Assembly (NCBI GenBank): GCA_013335325.1
Contig: JAAXVU010000001.1
Coordinates: 1 to 48,480 of the forward strand
Source of the DNA: Candidatus Omnitrophota bacterium
Lineage (GTDB): Bacteria > Omnitrophota > Gorgyraeia > Zapsychrales > Fredricksoniimonadaceae
DNA length: 48,480 bases
Direction: 5' to 3'
Within the stretch, counting starts at the first letter, position 1. The number at the start of each line of letters is the position of its first letter. The position numbers were made by a program, and so were the translations under genes. The notes beneath the pieces were generated by a model. It was given only the letters and a program-made list of their open reading frames with translations. It searched no databases and was not told the origin of the DNA. Below are positions 36,446 through 45,873 of this stretch, in pieces.

Positions 36446-38450
36446 GAAGCATCTCCTCAAACTCTTTCTCTTCGATTATTCTTATACCCAGCTTACTGGC
36501 CCGGGCAACCTTGGACCCAGGAGCCTGTCCGGCCACCACCCAATTGGTCCGCGCGGTAACCGTGGCAGATACCTCGCCTCCCAGCGACTTTACTAGCTGG
36601 GCCGCCTGCGCACGCGTCCGGTTGGCCAGCTCGCCGGTAAACACAAAGACCTGGCCTGTCAGCCTGCCTTGGGCCAATGGAACATCCGGCTCATCCATCC
36701 TAACGCCAGACTTCTTCAACCTCTCCAATAGCTTCCGCGTCTCCGGCTGCGCAAAAAATCTGACCACTGCTTCGCTGCTGACCTCGCCGATCTCCGGGAC
36801 AGCCATGAGCGCTTCCGGTCCTGCACTGACGATCCCATCCATCGTACGGAACTCCCGCGCCAAAAGCGCCGCCGCCTTCTCGCCGATATTCGGGATACCT
36901 AAGCCCAATACCAGACGGGACAACGAACGCCCCTTGCTCGCCTCAATGGCTTCTAAGAGGGCTTCCACCTTCTTGGCCGCGAAAAAATCCAGCTCCAGCA
37001 GATGCTCCGTGGTCAAATCGTAAATATCCGCTACCGATCGCGCCAAACCGCGGTCTATTAGCTGCCGGACCACCGCTTCCCCCATCCCGACGATATCCAT
37101 GGCATTGCGCGAGGCAAAATGTAACAAACGGCGTTCGAGTTGCCGCGGACAGTCCGGGTTAACGCAGCGGTATTGTACAGCTTCCCCGTCGCGGCAGATA
37201 AAATCCTCCCGGCATGACGGACAGTTGGTCGGCAAACGCCTAAGTTCCCTTCTGTCGCCTCCTGGCTCCACCACCTTGACTATTTTCGGGATAACGTCGC
37301 CGGCCCGCTCAAGCAGTACACGGTCGCCCTTGTGCAACCCAAGGCGGTCGATCTCGTCAAAATTATGCAGTGTGGCCCGGGAGATCACCACGCCGCCGCA
37401 GGGCACCGGCTCCAACTCCGCCACCGGCGTCAACACTCCCGTACGACCAACCTGCACCACAATATCATTAACCCGCGTAGTAGCCTGGTAGGCCTGGAAC
37501 TTGTAGGCCACAGCCCAGCGCGGACTCTTCATGGTCTCACCGAGCTCACTTTGCCAATCCAGACGGTTGACCTTGACGACCACCCCGTCGACGTCGTAAC
37601 TTAAAGTTGGCCGTAGTGCTTCCAGTTCTCGGCAGGCTTCTCTCAAAGCATCAAAGCTGCTACACAAACGGTTGTGAGGGTTGACCGCAAACCCGAGTCG
37701 CCGGGCCAACTGCAAGAAATCCCAGTGCGTCTTTATCTGGCCCGCCCCTTCAAGCCGACCGCAGGAATGGACGAAGAACCTCAGGTTACGCTTGGACGAC
37801 TCAGCCGGGTCCAACAACTTGAGCGAACCGCTCGCGGCATTACGTGGATTGGCGAAAACTTCGCTGCCGGACTCGCGCCTAATTAAGTTAATCCGATCGA
37901 AGTCAGCCCTATCCATATAAACTTCACCTCGAGCCTCCAGCAGCCTCGGGGCCCCACCCGAATCTGCGCCGCAAAACAGAGGAACCATCCTCATAGCTCG
38001 GATATTATGGGTAACATCTTCGCCGACCTCGCCATCCCCACGCGTCGCCCCCACGGTCAAAACACCAGCTTCGTAGAGCAAAGAAGCGCTAACGCCGTCG
38101 ATCTTAAGCTCGGCCACGCATTCCACCCGATCTACACCTAAACGACTGGTAACTCGGGCATACCAATCCCGTAATTCGTCCGCGGAATAGGTATTGTCCA
38201 AAGAAAGCATCTTCAGCTCATGCCGTACTGTCCGCACTCCTGACGGCACCTTGACGCCTACGCGCCGGGTGGGTGAATAAGGCAGAGTTAATTCGGGATA
38301 CTTCTGCTCCAGAGCGAGCAGACGGTGCATCAAAGCGTCATATTCCTGGTCGGAAATGGTGGGCGCATCGAGAACATAATAATTGTAATTATGCTGCTCG
38401 ATCTCCCGGGCAAGCCGTGCGATCTCTTGTTTTGCCTGATTCCTGTCCAT
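36429..38450 (-). CDS. ligA: NAD-dependent DNA ligase
   Basis: The 673-aa ORF has an Ia domain (YYVLDAPTISDQEYD), the adenylation motif ELKIDGVS, a Cys4 Zn finger (CPSC...C..C), HhH repeats and a C-terminal BRCT domain. Confidence 0.95.
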   Translation of the reverse strand: MDRNQAKQEIARLAREIEQHNYNYYVLDAPTISDQEYDALMHRLLALEQKYPELTLPYSPTRRVGVKVPSGVRTVRHELKMLSLDNTYSADELRDWYARVTSRLGVDRVECVAELKIDGVSASLLYEAGVLTVGATRGDGEVGEDVTHNIRAMRMVPLFCGADSGGAPRLLEARGEVYMDRADFDRINLIRRESGSEVFANPRNAASGSLKLLDPAESSKRNLRFFVHSCGRLEGAGQIKTHWDFLQLARRLGFAVNPHNRLCSSFDALREACRELEALRPTLSYDVDGVVVKVNRLDWQSELGETMKSPRWAVAYKFQAYQATTRVNDIVVQVGRTGVLTPVAELEPVPCGGVVISRATLHNFDEIDRLGLHKGDRVLLERAGDVIPKIVKVVEPGGDRRELRRLPTNCPSCREDFICRDGEAVQYRCVNPDCPRQLERRLLHFASRNAMDIVGMGEAVVRQLIDRGLARSVADIYDLTTEHLLELDFFAAKKVEALLEAIEASKGRSLSRLVLGLGIPNIGEKAAALLAREFRTMDGIVSAGPEALMAVPEIGEVSSEAVVRFFAQPETRKLLERLKKSGVRMDEPDVPLAQGRLTGQVFVFTGELANRTRAQAAQLVKSLGGEVSATVTARTNWVVAGQAPGSKVARASKLGIRIIEEKEFEEMLHDVIG

Positions 38451-38463
38451 GGATCATCCGGGC

Positions 38464-38736
38464 TCAAAAGGCGATCTCAAATACCGTGTACGACGCGGCC
38501 CGCGGAGTCTTCCGGACCTTGGCACCCTGAATATTTCCCTTGAAGAAGGATTTCAATCTGGCAAGCAGTTCAACCAGGTCCGACTCTTCACCCTCGGCAA
38601 GCATCTCAACCGAACCGTCAGGCAGATTCTTGACCCAGCCGGTAACTCCCAACTCCCGGGCAAAGTCGCGAGCCGTGAAACGGAAACCGACACCCTGGAC
38701 ATGACCGGTAAAAATAATATGATACTGCTCCGTCAT
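38464..38736 (-). CDS. acyP: Acylphosphatase
   Basis: The 90-aa ORF has the VQGVGFR signature and GWVKNLPDGSVE. Confidence 0.9.
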   Translation of the reverse strand: MTEQYHIIFTGHVQGVGFRFTARDFARELGVTGWVKNLPDGSVEMLAEGEESDLVELLARLKSFFKGNIQGAKVRKTPRAASYTVFEIAF

Positions 38737-39248
38737 CGACCCATAATCTCTTGTTTCAGGGACCCAACCAGAGCCAGCGCTCCAAACATGACAAACAGAA
38801 GCCCCAACCCCATCTTTGCACAGTCGACAGCTGGCACGGAATTTTTCTCTACTATCGACATAGTCGGGTCACGCGGGTCGTAGCGGACATCAATCTGCTG
38901 GCCCACCGGGTAGCGTTTCAAGGCGGACTCAACCGAACGCACATCTTTAGTATAATCGTCGTGCAATCGGATACTGTGCCCCATGTACTCAATATTATTC
39001 GCTGTATATACGTACCAGATGCGCGCGAGATATCCCTGCTCGAACGTATCGCCACGGTCCGGCCAACGTTTTTCCAGCTCAGCAGAAATTACCTTACCTG
39101 GAGTGATCGGCCAGCCACCGCTGCTCTGGACAAAATATACATCATGGAAAGCTGGCAAGAAAAGATATGCCCCGAACAGGATAAAAAAGACGCTCCACAC
39201 ATTGGCAGGATTGCCCACCGGCCCTGTAACTTCAGGAATTCGATTCAT
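38733..39248 (-). CDS. DUF3592-like membrane protein
   Basis: The 171-aa ORF has an N-terminal TM helix, a beta-rich middle (ARIWYVYTANNIEYMG...VRYDPRDP) and a C-terminal TM helix, the architecture of DUF3592. Confidence 0.55.
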   Translation of the reverse strand: MNRIPEVTGPVGNPANVWSVFFILFGAYLFLPAFHDVYFVQSSGGWPITPGKVISAELEKRWPDRGDTFEQGYLARIWYVYTANNIEYMGHSIRLHDDYTKDVRSVESALKRYPVGQQIDVRYDPRDPTMSIVEKNSVPAVDCAKMGLGLLFVMFGALALVGSLKQEIMGR

Positions 39249-39285
39249 AACAATCCTCCCCCTAAGGAATTGTCTTGAATATATA

Positions 39286-39362
39286 TGGTCGGGAGGGGGG
39301 GATTTGAACCCCCGACCTCAACGTCCCGAACGTTGCGCGCTAGCCACCTGCGCTACCTCCCG
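39286..39362 (-). tRNA. tRNA-Pro (anticodon CGG)
   Basis: A manual cloverleaf fold gives acceptor CGGGAGG/CCTCCCG, D-stem GCGC/GCGC, anticodon stem CAACG/CGTTG with loop TTCGGGA, T-arm GGGGG-TTCAAAT-CCCCC, discriminator A and an encoded CCA. Total length is 77 nt. Confidence 0.9.
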
Positions 39363-39386
39363 ATATAGAACCAGCAAAGCGGGCAT

Positions 39387-39415
39387 ATATTAACATCGAG
39401 AATATAATACGTCAA
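39387..39415 (-). promoter_or_regulatory. Sigma70-like promoter upstream of tRNA-Pro
   Basis: The minus strand reads TTGACG, a 17-nt spacer, then TAATAT, ending about 24 nt before the tRNA 5' end. Confidence 0.55.
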
Positions 39416-39516
39416 ATTTATAGATGTTCTTTGTAAATGGCGACAAAATTAGCCATCAGTCAAACAACGCCTACGGAAATGACCTCCTTAAAAACTACGG
39501 CCTTTAACTGTTACAC

Positions 39517-41700
39517 CTATCGCCCATTTCCTTTCAATAAAATCGTTTCGTCCACATAAACCAGATAGGGACCGTACGTGCCCCGCTGGTAGATACGTCC
39601 ACGATAGTCCATAGTAGCGGGACCTTCCGTACCTTCTTGCACGATAAGACACGGTTCCGGCTCACCGCGAGGATATGGCAGGCGGCCTGAGGCATTGTCG
39701 ACCATAATGTGTTCAATGCGAAAGCTAAAGCCATCCGAGCGCAACAGGCTCCAAAGCGGATACTCGATGACGCCCGAGAGAAAACCTATCTCGCGGCAAC
39801 CGTTGTCCCGTTGCAACTGTCGTCGGATAAATCTTACGTTATAACTCAAATCGTCCCGCAAGACCTTGCCGAACCGACCGAAGATCAGCTCTTCCTGGGA
39901 GGTGTAAAATAGCCCGCGGGAGAATGACAACGTGTCATCGGTAATTAGCGACCAGACAGTTTCGTACTCAGCCGGATAAGCCGCCTTGAGGCGTCCGCGC
40001 ATTTCCGCGGTCACCATATTAAGATAACCCGCCCGCCCTTCTTTTTCACGAAAATATCCGTTACGCTGCAGCCAGTCAAATATCTCGCCTCCGCGCTCGA
40101 CGCTTCGCGACAGTCCAGCTTTGGTAAGCGCCCCTGAAGGAAGAAGCGAACGCTGCTGATTAAATAACAATGGCAAAAGCGCTCCAATGCACATTCCAAT
40201 GGCGACCAGAGACGCCAAGTAAGAACGCAATTTCGAACCACGACCAACGATCGTCACAGCGGCCGCGGCCGAAAATAAAACAAAGAACGGCAGATGGAAT
40301 CGGGATATCCAGACTTGCCATTTTACTAAAGCGCAGAAAAGCAGCACCGCCAGCGCCAAGGCAGCCGTGAAAGACAGCACCGATACCCGTCCTGGAGGAT
40401 CCTCTCTCTGGCTCTTGGCCCTATTTATCAACCGGTAGACCGCCAGCCATAACAAAGAACACACCGAAAAAAGATAGACCCACGAGTGAACCGGATTTGT
40501 CGCCAAATCCTCAAGGACTGGCGCCGAGAGCCAAAGCAGAAACGGTCCGCCCGGTACGGTAAAACGCGGGTCGTTGACATCCAGACCAATCCAGGCGTGT
40601 ACACGCTGCACTGCCGAAAGTAGCGCGGCGTTCCATTGATCCGAAGGTAGGGCTAGCTGGGTCGCCACCCCGCGCACCGCGCTGGACAAAATTCCACGGA
40701 CGTCCACACAATCTACCCCCGCTTTGCCGACTAACTTCATTTCTTGAAAGGGATGGGGAGAAAGTTCCGCCATCCGGTGAAGGAACGCAGCGTTGACTGC
40801 CAGTACCACTGCTAAGACAAAGAACGCCAACGCGATCTTTTGCCGGACACTCCAACGGACCCGCAACAGCGCCCAGAGCAGGAACGGCACCGCTACTATG
40901 ACCGCCAGAGCCTTGGTGAAAGTCGCCAGTGCAAAGGCGAGCGCGCACAGCACTCCCCATCTTCGACGGCCAGTCTTGATCAACAACAGTGCGAATACCG
41001 CCACACAAACCGCCCACAGCGTCGCCAGGTAGTCGTTCTGCGTGCCGGAAGACTGCAGTATTCCCATCGGCAAGGTGGCAGTGAATAGCACCGCTAGAAG
41101 CTGCCCGCGACGGTTCCCACCTAACATTTCCGCCAAAAGGGATACGCCGACCAGCGAAGCCAGCATGGCGTTCCACTGAGCCAGGCTGGCCCAGTAATCC
41201 GCCCCACCCAAAATGTAGGTCTGCAGAATAGCGTACTCGGCGAACGGTTGTACCATCAACTGCAGCAGTATATGCGTCGGGTAATTGTCCACAGTAGCGT
41301 TGGCCGCCCAGTGCGCCACGCGCGACATGTGGTAGATCATGGAATCATAATTGTTGGGAGGAGCCACCAAGGCGATCACGCCGGTAACGGACACAATGAC
41401 CCCCACCGCGGTGAGTATAAGGATATCCCAAACATTTAAGGAAGGAAAAGAAGGCAGCGCCGTAGATGTCCGGGCTCGGATCCGGCGTACAAGCACCAGC
41501 CCGACCAGAACCACGGTCGACCAGCACGCCACTAGCGGCCACAAGGCCAGGGCCTGAAAAACACTGAGGATTTCAGTGAAGAAAACTATGAGCACGGCCT
41601 GCACGACCTGCGCCGCCAGCAAGGCCTCTCGGATGCGCAGTCCCGCGCGCATCCACACCGCCCACAATAGGAAGAAGGCTAACCAGAAGATCAGTTGCAT
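39517..41700 (-). CDS. Large polytopic membrane protein, GT-C-like (ArnT/PMT_2-type glycosyltransferase?) with C-terminal soluble domain
   Basis: The 727-aa ORF has about 13 or more hydrophobic helices in the first ~500 aa. An early loop, PPNNYDSMIYHMSRVAHW, resembles GT-C first-loop acidic/aromatic motifs. The last ~200 aa are a non-membrane domain. The ORF itself is solid, but the function is a guess. Confidence 0.4.
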   Translation of the reverse strand: MQLIFWLAFFLLWAVWMRAGLRIREALLAAQVVQAVLIVFFTEILSVFQALALWPLVACWSTVVLVGLVLVRRIRARTSTALPSFPSLNVWDILILTAVGVIVSVTGVIALVAPPNNYDSMIYHMSRVAHWAANATVDNYPTHILLQLMVQPFAEYAILQTYILGGADYWASLAQWNAMLASLVGVSLLAEMLGGNRRGQLLAVLFTATLPMGILQSSGTQNDYLATLWAVCVAVFALLLIKTGRRRWGVLCALAFALATFTKALAVIVAVPFLLWALLRVRWSVRQKIALAFFVLAVVLAVNAAFLHRMAELSPHPFQEMKLVGKAGVDCVDVRGILSSAVRGVATQLALPSDQWNAALLSAVQRVHAWIGLDVNDPRFTVPGGPFLLWLSAPVLEDLATNPVHSWVYLFSVCSLLWLAVYRLINRAKSQREDPPGRVSVLSFTAALALAVLLFCALVKWQVWISRFHLPFFVLFSAAAAVTIVGRGSKLRSYLASLVAIGMCIGALLPLLFNQQRSLLPSGALTKAGLSRSVERGGEIFDWLQRNGYFREKEGRAGYLNMVTAEMRGRLKAAYPAEYETVWSLITDDTLSFSRGLFYTSQEELIFGRFGKVLRDDLSYNVRFIRRQLQRDNGCREIGFLSGVIEYPLWSLLRSDGFSFRIEHIMVDNASGRLPYPRGEPEPCLIVQEGTEGPATMDYRGRIYQRGTYGPYLVYVDETILLKGNGR

Positions 41701-41907
41701 ATCTCAACGAAAAGAAGAAGGGACCTCTTCTCCTTGATTAAGCACATGCCGTTAAATCAGCAGGACCACTTGGCGATCCAGCACCACGTCACAGGCCCGT
41801 GTCCCAATAGCCGCAGTGCACGAGACCAGCGCCGACATCATTCAAGCCGCTCTCGACGGCTATGGGAATATAGGAAAGCAACCTCCAAGCACTTGTTTGA
41901 CAGGGTA

Positions 41908-42342
41908 CTAGACCTCCTTGATCCCGAAACCGATCTCAGCCTCGCAGACCAGCTCATCCTTGACGAAACACTGGCCAGCCAGGAAACCCACTTTGGGCAA
42001 TAGCTTGACCGTCCGGATCTCGATACGCAACTGGTCTCCCGGCGTAACCACCTTGTGGAACTTGGCAGTACTCTTGGCCAGGTAGTAGATCAGGTCCTTG
42101 CCCTGCATGTTCTTGGAATAGTAAAAATAGATGCATCCCGCCTGGGCCATGGCCTCTATCATCAACACGCCCGGCATGACCTTCTCCTGGGGGAAATGCC
42201 CCTGGAAATGCGCCTCGTTGACGGAAACGTTCTTGATCGCCACCAATTTCTCGTTGGGGACCAGCTCCAGCACGCGGTCGATCATGAGAAACGGAAAACG
42301 ATGTGGGATGATCTTCTGGATCTCCTGGATATTCAGTTCCAT
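41908..42342 (-). CDS. fabZ: 3-hydroxyacyl-[ACP] dehydratase
   Basis: The 144-aa ORF has IPHRFPFLMIDRV, HFQGHFPQEKVMPGVL and EAMAQ. Confidence 0.95.
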   Translation of the reverse strand: MELNIQEIQKIIPHRFPFLMIDRVLELVPNEKLVAIKNVSVNEAHFQGHFPQEKVMPGVLMIEAMAQAGCIYFYYSKNMQGKDLIYYLAKSTAKFHKVVTPGDQLRIEIRTVKLLPKVGFLAGQCFVKDELVCEAEIGFGIKEV

Positions 42343-42345
42343 AAC

Positions 42346-42930
42346 CTAACCTTTCGCTTTCAGGATATATTTGGCCAGCAGGTCAGTCTCGATGTTGACC
42401 TCGCCACCGGCTTTCTTGAGGCCGATTGTAGTGACTTCTAGGGTGTGCGGGATAAAATAGACCGCGAACCAGTCGCGCTTGACCTCGCCTACTGTCAGAC
42501 TGACTCCGTCGATCGCTACCGATCCCTTGGGCACCAGGTAACGCATCAGATCCCGCGGGACCGTCAGCCGGTACTCCACGTAATTGGGCAGGGTCCGAAT
42601 ATCGCGGATGCACCCCACAGCGTCAACATGCCCGGTGACAAAGTGTCCGCCTATGCGTGCCTCGGCCTTCATGGCCCTTTCCAGGTTGACCGCACTGCCC
42701 GGCTTAAGATTCCGCAACGTTGTGGCGTCCAGAGTCTCTTTCATCAGGTCAAAATGGAAACAGCCACCCTTAAATGAGGTAACCGTCAGGCACACCCCGT
42801 CCACGGCGATACTGTCACCCTTGCGCACGTCGGTGAAAGCCTTGGGCTTCACTACTGATAGCACAAAAAGATTCTCACGTTTCTCGACAGATTTTACTCT
42901 GCCGGTAACTTCCACTATTCCGGTAAACAT
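42346..42930 (-). CDS. ribE: Riboflavin synthase (alpha chain)
   Basis: The 194-aa ORF begins MFTGIVE and contains the duplicated lumazine-binding repeats GDSIAVDGVCLTV and GSVAIDGVSLTV. Confidence 0.95.
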   Translation of the reverse strand: MFTGIVEVTGRVKSVEKRENLFVLSVVKPKAFTDVRKGDSIAVDGVCLTVTSFKGGCFHFDLMKETLDATTLRNLKPGSAVNLERAMKAEARIGGHFVTGHVDAVGCIRDIRTLPNYVEYRLTVPRDLMRYLVPKGSVAIDGVSLTVGEVKRDWFAVYFIPHTLEVTTIGLKKAGGEVNIETDLLAKYILKAKG

Positions 42931-44009
42931 AGCTCTATGAAAACATCCTTTCCTGTACGTTGCAACGACACAATTTTGAACTCCGGCGCCAGGGCCACCC
43001 TGGCCACGTCAAGACCCGCCACTGAAGCTTTGGCCCGCTCATCACCCACAACCTTGGGAGCAATATATACATGCCAGCAGTCAACCAGCCCTGCCTTAAG
43101 CGCGCTGCCAATAACAGAGGCACCACCTTCGATAAGGACACTGGTTATCCCCTCCCGGGCAAGCTCGCGCAACAACCATTTCATGTCGACCCTGCCGGAA
43201 CGCTTCGGATAGAGCAAGACCAGCGCCCCTGCCATCTCCAGCCGCTTGCGGGCCGATGCAGGAGCCCGATGAGTAGTCGCTATGATGACCTGCCCTGGCT
43301 CACTGTTCTTAAGCAGGCGAGCGTTGGCCGGAGTACGCAGCCGGGAATCCAGCACGACCTTACGGATACGACTGTCCGGCGCGTCCAGCCTAGGATCGTC
43401 GGACAAGACTGTGCCCACTCCCACCAGGATCGCGTCGAAAGCATTGCGTTTCCGCCGGGCAAAGGCGCGGGACTCCTCGCAAGTGATCCAGTGCGAATCG
43501 CCCGAACGCGTAGCGATCTTGCCGTCCATCGTCTGGGCAGACTTGGCGACCACGAAAGGCATCCCCGTCTTCATATATTTGACAAACGCCTGGTTAAGGC
43601 GCGCGGCTTCCTCGGCTCCGACGCCAGTGACGACCTCCACCCCGGCCTTGCGCAACATGCGTAACGACTTGCCATTGTTGACCGCGTTTGGGTCGACCAT
43701 GGCCACCACCACCTTGCGGATCCCGGCGCTCAGGACTGCATCCACGCAAGGCGGAGTACGTCCCCAGTGGGAACAGGGCTCCAAGGTTACGTACATCGTA
43801 GCGCCCTTAGCCCGGGCGCCGGCCTTACGCAGCGCCATCACCTCGGCATGATCGCCGCCGCAAAAGCGATGCCAGCCCTCGGAAACAACCCGTCCGCCCC
43901 GGACAATCACACAGCCCACCATCGGATTAGGCGATGTCTTGCCGCGCCCGCGCCCGGCCAAAACCAAGGCCCGCCGCATGAATTTATCGTCGGAAGAGAT
44001 CTTCATCAT
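42915..44009 (-). CDS. ribD: Bifunctional diaminohydroxyphosphoribosylaminopyrimidine deaminase / 5-amino-6-(5-phosphoribosylamino)uracil reductase
   Basis: The deaminase Zn site is HAEVMAL...PCSHWGRTPPC, and a C-terminal RibD_C reductase domain is present. The start was set to the Met at 44009, which overlaps the PHP gene stop; the track start at 44186 lies inside the PHP gene. Confidence 0.95.
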   Translation of the reverse strand: MMKISSDDKFMRRALVLAGRGRGKTSPNPMVGCVIVRGGRVVSEGWHRFCGGDHAEVMALRKAGARAKGATMYVTLEPCSHWGRTPPCVDAVLSAGIRKVVVAMVDPNAVNNGKSLRMLRKAGVEVVTGVGAEEAARLNQAFVKYMKTGMPFVVAKSAQTMDGKIATRSGDSHWITCEESRAFARRKRNAFDAILVGVGTVLSDDPRLDAPDSRIRKVVLDSRLRTPANARLLKNSEPGQVIIATTHRAPASARKRLEMAGALVLLYPKRSGRVDMKWLLRELAREGITSVLIEGGASVIGSALKAGLVDCWHVYIAPKVVGDERAKASVAGLDVARVALAPEFKIVSLQRTGKDVFIELCLPE

Positions 44010-44845
44010 ACTGTACGCCTCTGAGCGGCCAGGGCCTTCATCTTCTCCAGGTGAACACCGGGCAGAAAGGCCTTGCCGATATAGGTACTGGTCTTGCCCT
44101 TGCCGTGAGAATCGGAGCCGCCGGTGACCAGCAGGCCGTGCTTCTGCGCCAGCCCGACGTAAAAATTCGCGACCGCCATAGAACAATTGGGATAATAGGC
44201 TTCCAGGCCATCCAGGCCAGCCTTGACAAAGGCCGGTATAAGCTCGTCGCGCTGTGTCAGCATCGGATGCGCCAACACCGCGATACCGCCGGATTCGCGT
44301 ATAAGACGGATGGCCTCGAAAGGAGTCTGCAAATATTTGGGGAAATATGCCGCTGCGCCTTCGCCCAGGTAGCGCTCGAAGGCAGCTTCCAGAGAAGGCA
44401 CCGCCTTCTTGGCCACCAATATCTGTGCCAGGTGCAGTCGTCCCACCGCATCAGAGCGGGTCAGACCAGCCACCTCTTCAAAAGTCACGCCCCGCACGCC
44501 CAGCTCCGCCAGCCGGGCCACCATCTTCTTCATGCGATCCACCCGCACTTGCCGCATCTCGCGGAGCTTTTTCACCAACGGACTGTCATTCAGGTCAAAC
44601 AGGTAGCCCAAAATGTGGATGTCCTTGCCGTGGTAGTCGGAAGACAGCTCCACCCCTGCCAGAACTTCGATTCCGGCGGAAGCGGCTTCCCGCATGGCCG
44701 GAGCTACGCCATCGACGGTATCGTGGTCGGTTATACCGACCGCAGACAATCCGGCCTGGGCGGCCCTGCGTACGACTTCTTCCGGCGTATCACTGCCGTC
44801 GGAGAAACAGGTATGTATATGGAGATCAGCGTAACGGTCGCTCAT
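44006..44845 (-). CDS. PHP-domain metal-dependent phosphoesterase (TrpH/YciV-like)
   Basis: The 279-aa ORF has ADLHIHTCFSDG, ITDHD, AHP and GGSDSHG, the metal-ligand motifs of the PHP superfamily. Confidence 0.85.
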   Translation of the reverse strand: MSDRYADLHIHTCFSDGSDTPEEVVRRAAQAGLSAVGITDHDTVDGVAPAMREAASAGIEVLAGVELSSDYHGKDIHILGYLFDLNDSPLVKKLREMRQVRVDRMKKMVARLAELGVRGVTFEEVAGLTRSDAVGRLHLAQILVAKKAVPSLEAAFERYLGEGAAAYFPKYLQTPFEAIRLIRESGGIAVLAHPMLTQRDELIPAFVKAGLDGLEAYYPNCSMAVANFYVGLAQKHGLLVTGGSDSHGKGKTSTYIGKAFLPGVHLEKMKALAAQRRTV

Positions 44846-44874
44846 GTGGAGAAATGCCGCACAGGGCGGACTAC

Positions 44875-45318
44875 TTACTCCTCGTGGGGTTGGTCCGTGG
44901 CAACTACGGGCGCGACTTCCTTTTTGTGGATCTTGTCGAGGATACCATTGACGAACTTGCTGGATTCCAGGTCGCCGTACTTCTTGGCCAGTTCGACCGC
45001 CTCGTTAATAGCGACCTTGGGCGGGATCCCTGAGGCAAACTTGAGCTCGTAGACCCCCATGCGCAAGATGTTGCGGTCTATGACGGCCATCCGGTTGAGC
45101 TGCCAGTTCGTGGCGTATTCGGAAATCTTATCATCGATAGTCTGGCGGTTCTCCCAAACTCCTTCGACCAACGGCACCGCAAAGTCCCGCACTTCCTTTT
45201 CGTGCTCAGGCTCCTGCTCCCAAAAGAAAGCCGCTGTCTTATCCGGCGTGCGTCGGGTCATCTCAACCTGGTAAAGTATCTTCAGGGCACATTCCCTGGC
45301 CATGCTGCGTTTTCTCAT
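44875..45318 (-). CDS. nusB: Transcription antitermination factor NusB
   Basis: The 147-aa ORF has RECALKILYQ, DRNILRMGVYEL, INEAVELAKKYG and FVNGILD. It is downstream of ribH, as is widely conserved. Confidence 0.95.
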   Translation of the reverse strand: MRKRSMARECALKILYQVEMTRRTPDKTAAFFWEQEPEHEKEVRDFAVPLVEGVWENRQTIDDKISEYATNWQLNRMAVIDRNILRMGVYELKFASGIPPKVAINEAVELAKKYGDLESSKFVNGILDKIHKKEVAPVVATDQPHEE

Positions 45319-45324
45319 AATGTC

Positions 45325-45786
45325 TCAGTTCTTTCTGAAGACTTCCACCATCTCGATGGCCACCCTGGCCGCCGAGGCACCCTTGTTGTCACGGTCCCCT
45401 ACCTTGGCGCGAGCCTGACAAAGCGCCACAGTGTCCGCAGCCAGCACTTCAAAGACCACCGGCTTACCGGTACGCAGGGCTACTTCCTGTGCCCCGCGAG
45501 CGGTTTCGGCGGCAATCAATTCGTAATGCAGGGTCTGCCCGCGTATGATGGCCCCCAGACATATAACCGCTGATATATTCTTCCGCATTGCCATTTTCAT
45601 AGCTGTCACTGGTATCTCAAAAGCCCCAGGAACCCTAACTACCTGAACTTCGCATTCGCAAACTTTGTTACGGGAGAATTCATTCAGGCAAGCTTGCAGC
45701 AACTGTTCCGTGATGCCTTCATTAAAGCGGGAAACAATAACCGCGAACCGCGGCTTAGAGGAGCATTTCAGATGGACAGATTTCAT
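45325..45786 (-). CDS. ribH: 6,7-dimethyl-8-ribityllumazine synthase
   Basis: The 153-aa ORF has AVIVSRFNEGIT, VPGAFEIP and LGAIIRGQTLHYE. Confidence 0.95.
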   Translation of the reverse strand: MKSVHLKCSSKPRFAVIVSRFNEGITEQLLQACLNEFSRNKVCECEVQVVRVPGAFEIPVTAMKMAMRKNISAVICLGAIIRGQTLHYELIAAETARGAQEVALRTGKPVVFEVLAADTVALCQARAKVGDRDNKGASAARVAIEMVEVFRKN

Positions 45787-45873
45787 AGGGCAATGTCGGA
45801 AAATACTGAATTAAACTCCCGGTACCCTTTCGCAGCTCCGGGAACCTGACCAGAATCCAAAACCGGCACGGCT

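Noticed and set aside
41695-42003. 102-aa plus-strand ORF in and beside the 207-nt gap upstream of the GT-C-like gene
   Set aside because: It overlaps the fabZ 3' end antisense, is Arg/Ser/His-rich and has no SD. I also found no convincing promoter, terminator or structured RNA in the gap.
44051-45052. 333-aa plus-strand ORF (and the overlapping 228-aa ORF at 44347-45033)
   Set aside because: They are antisense to the PHP and nusB genes, with Arg/Gly/Pro-rich composition and no start context.
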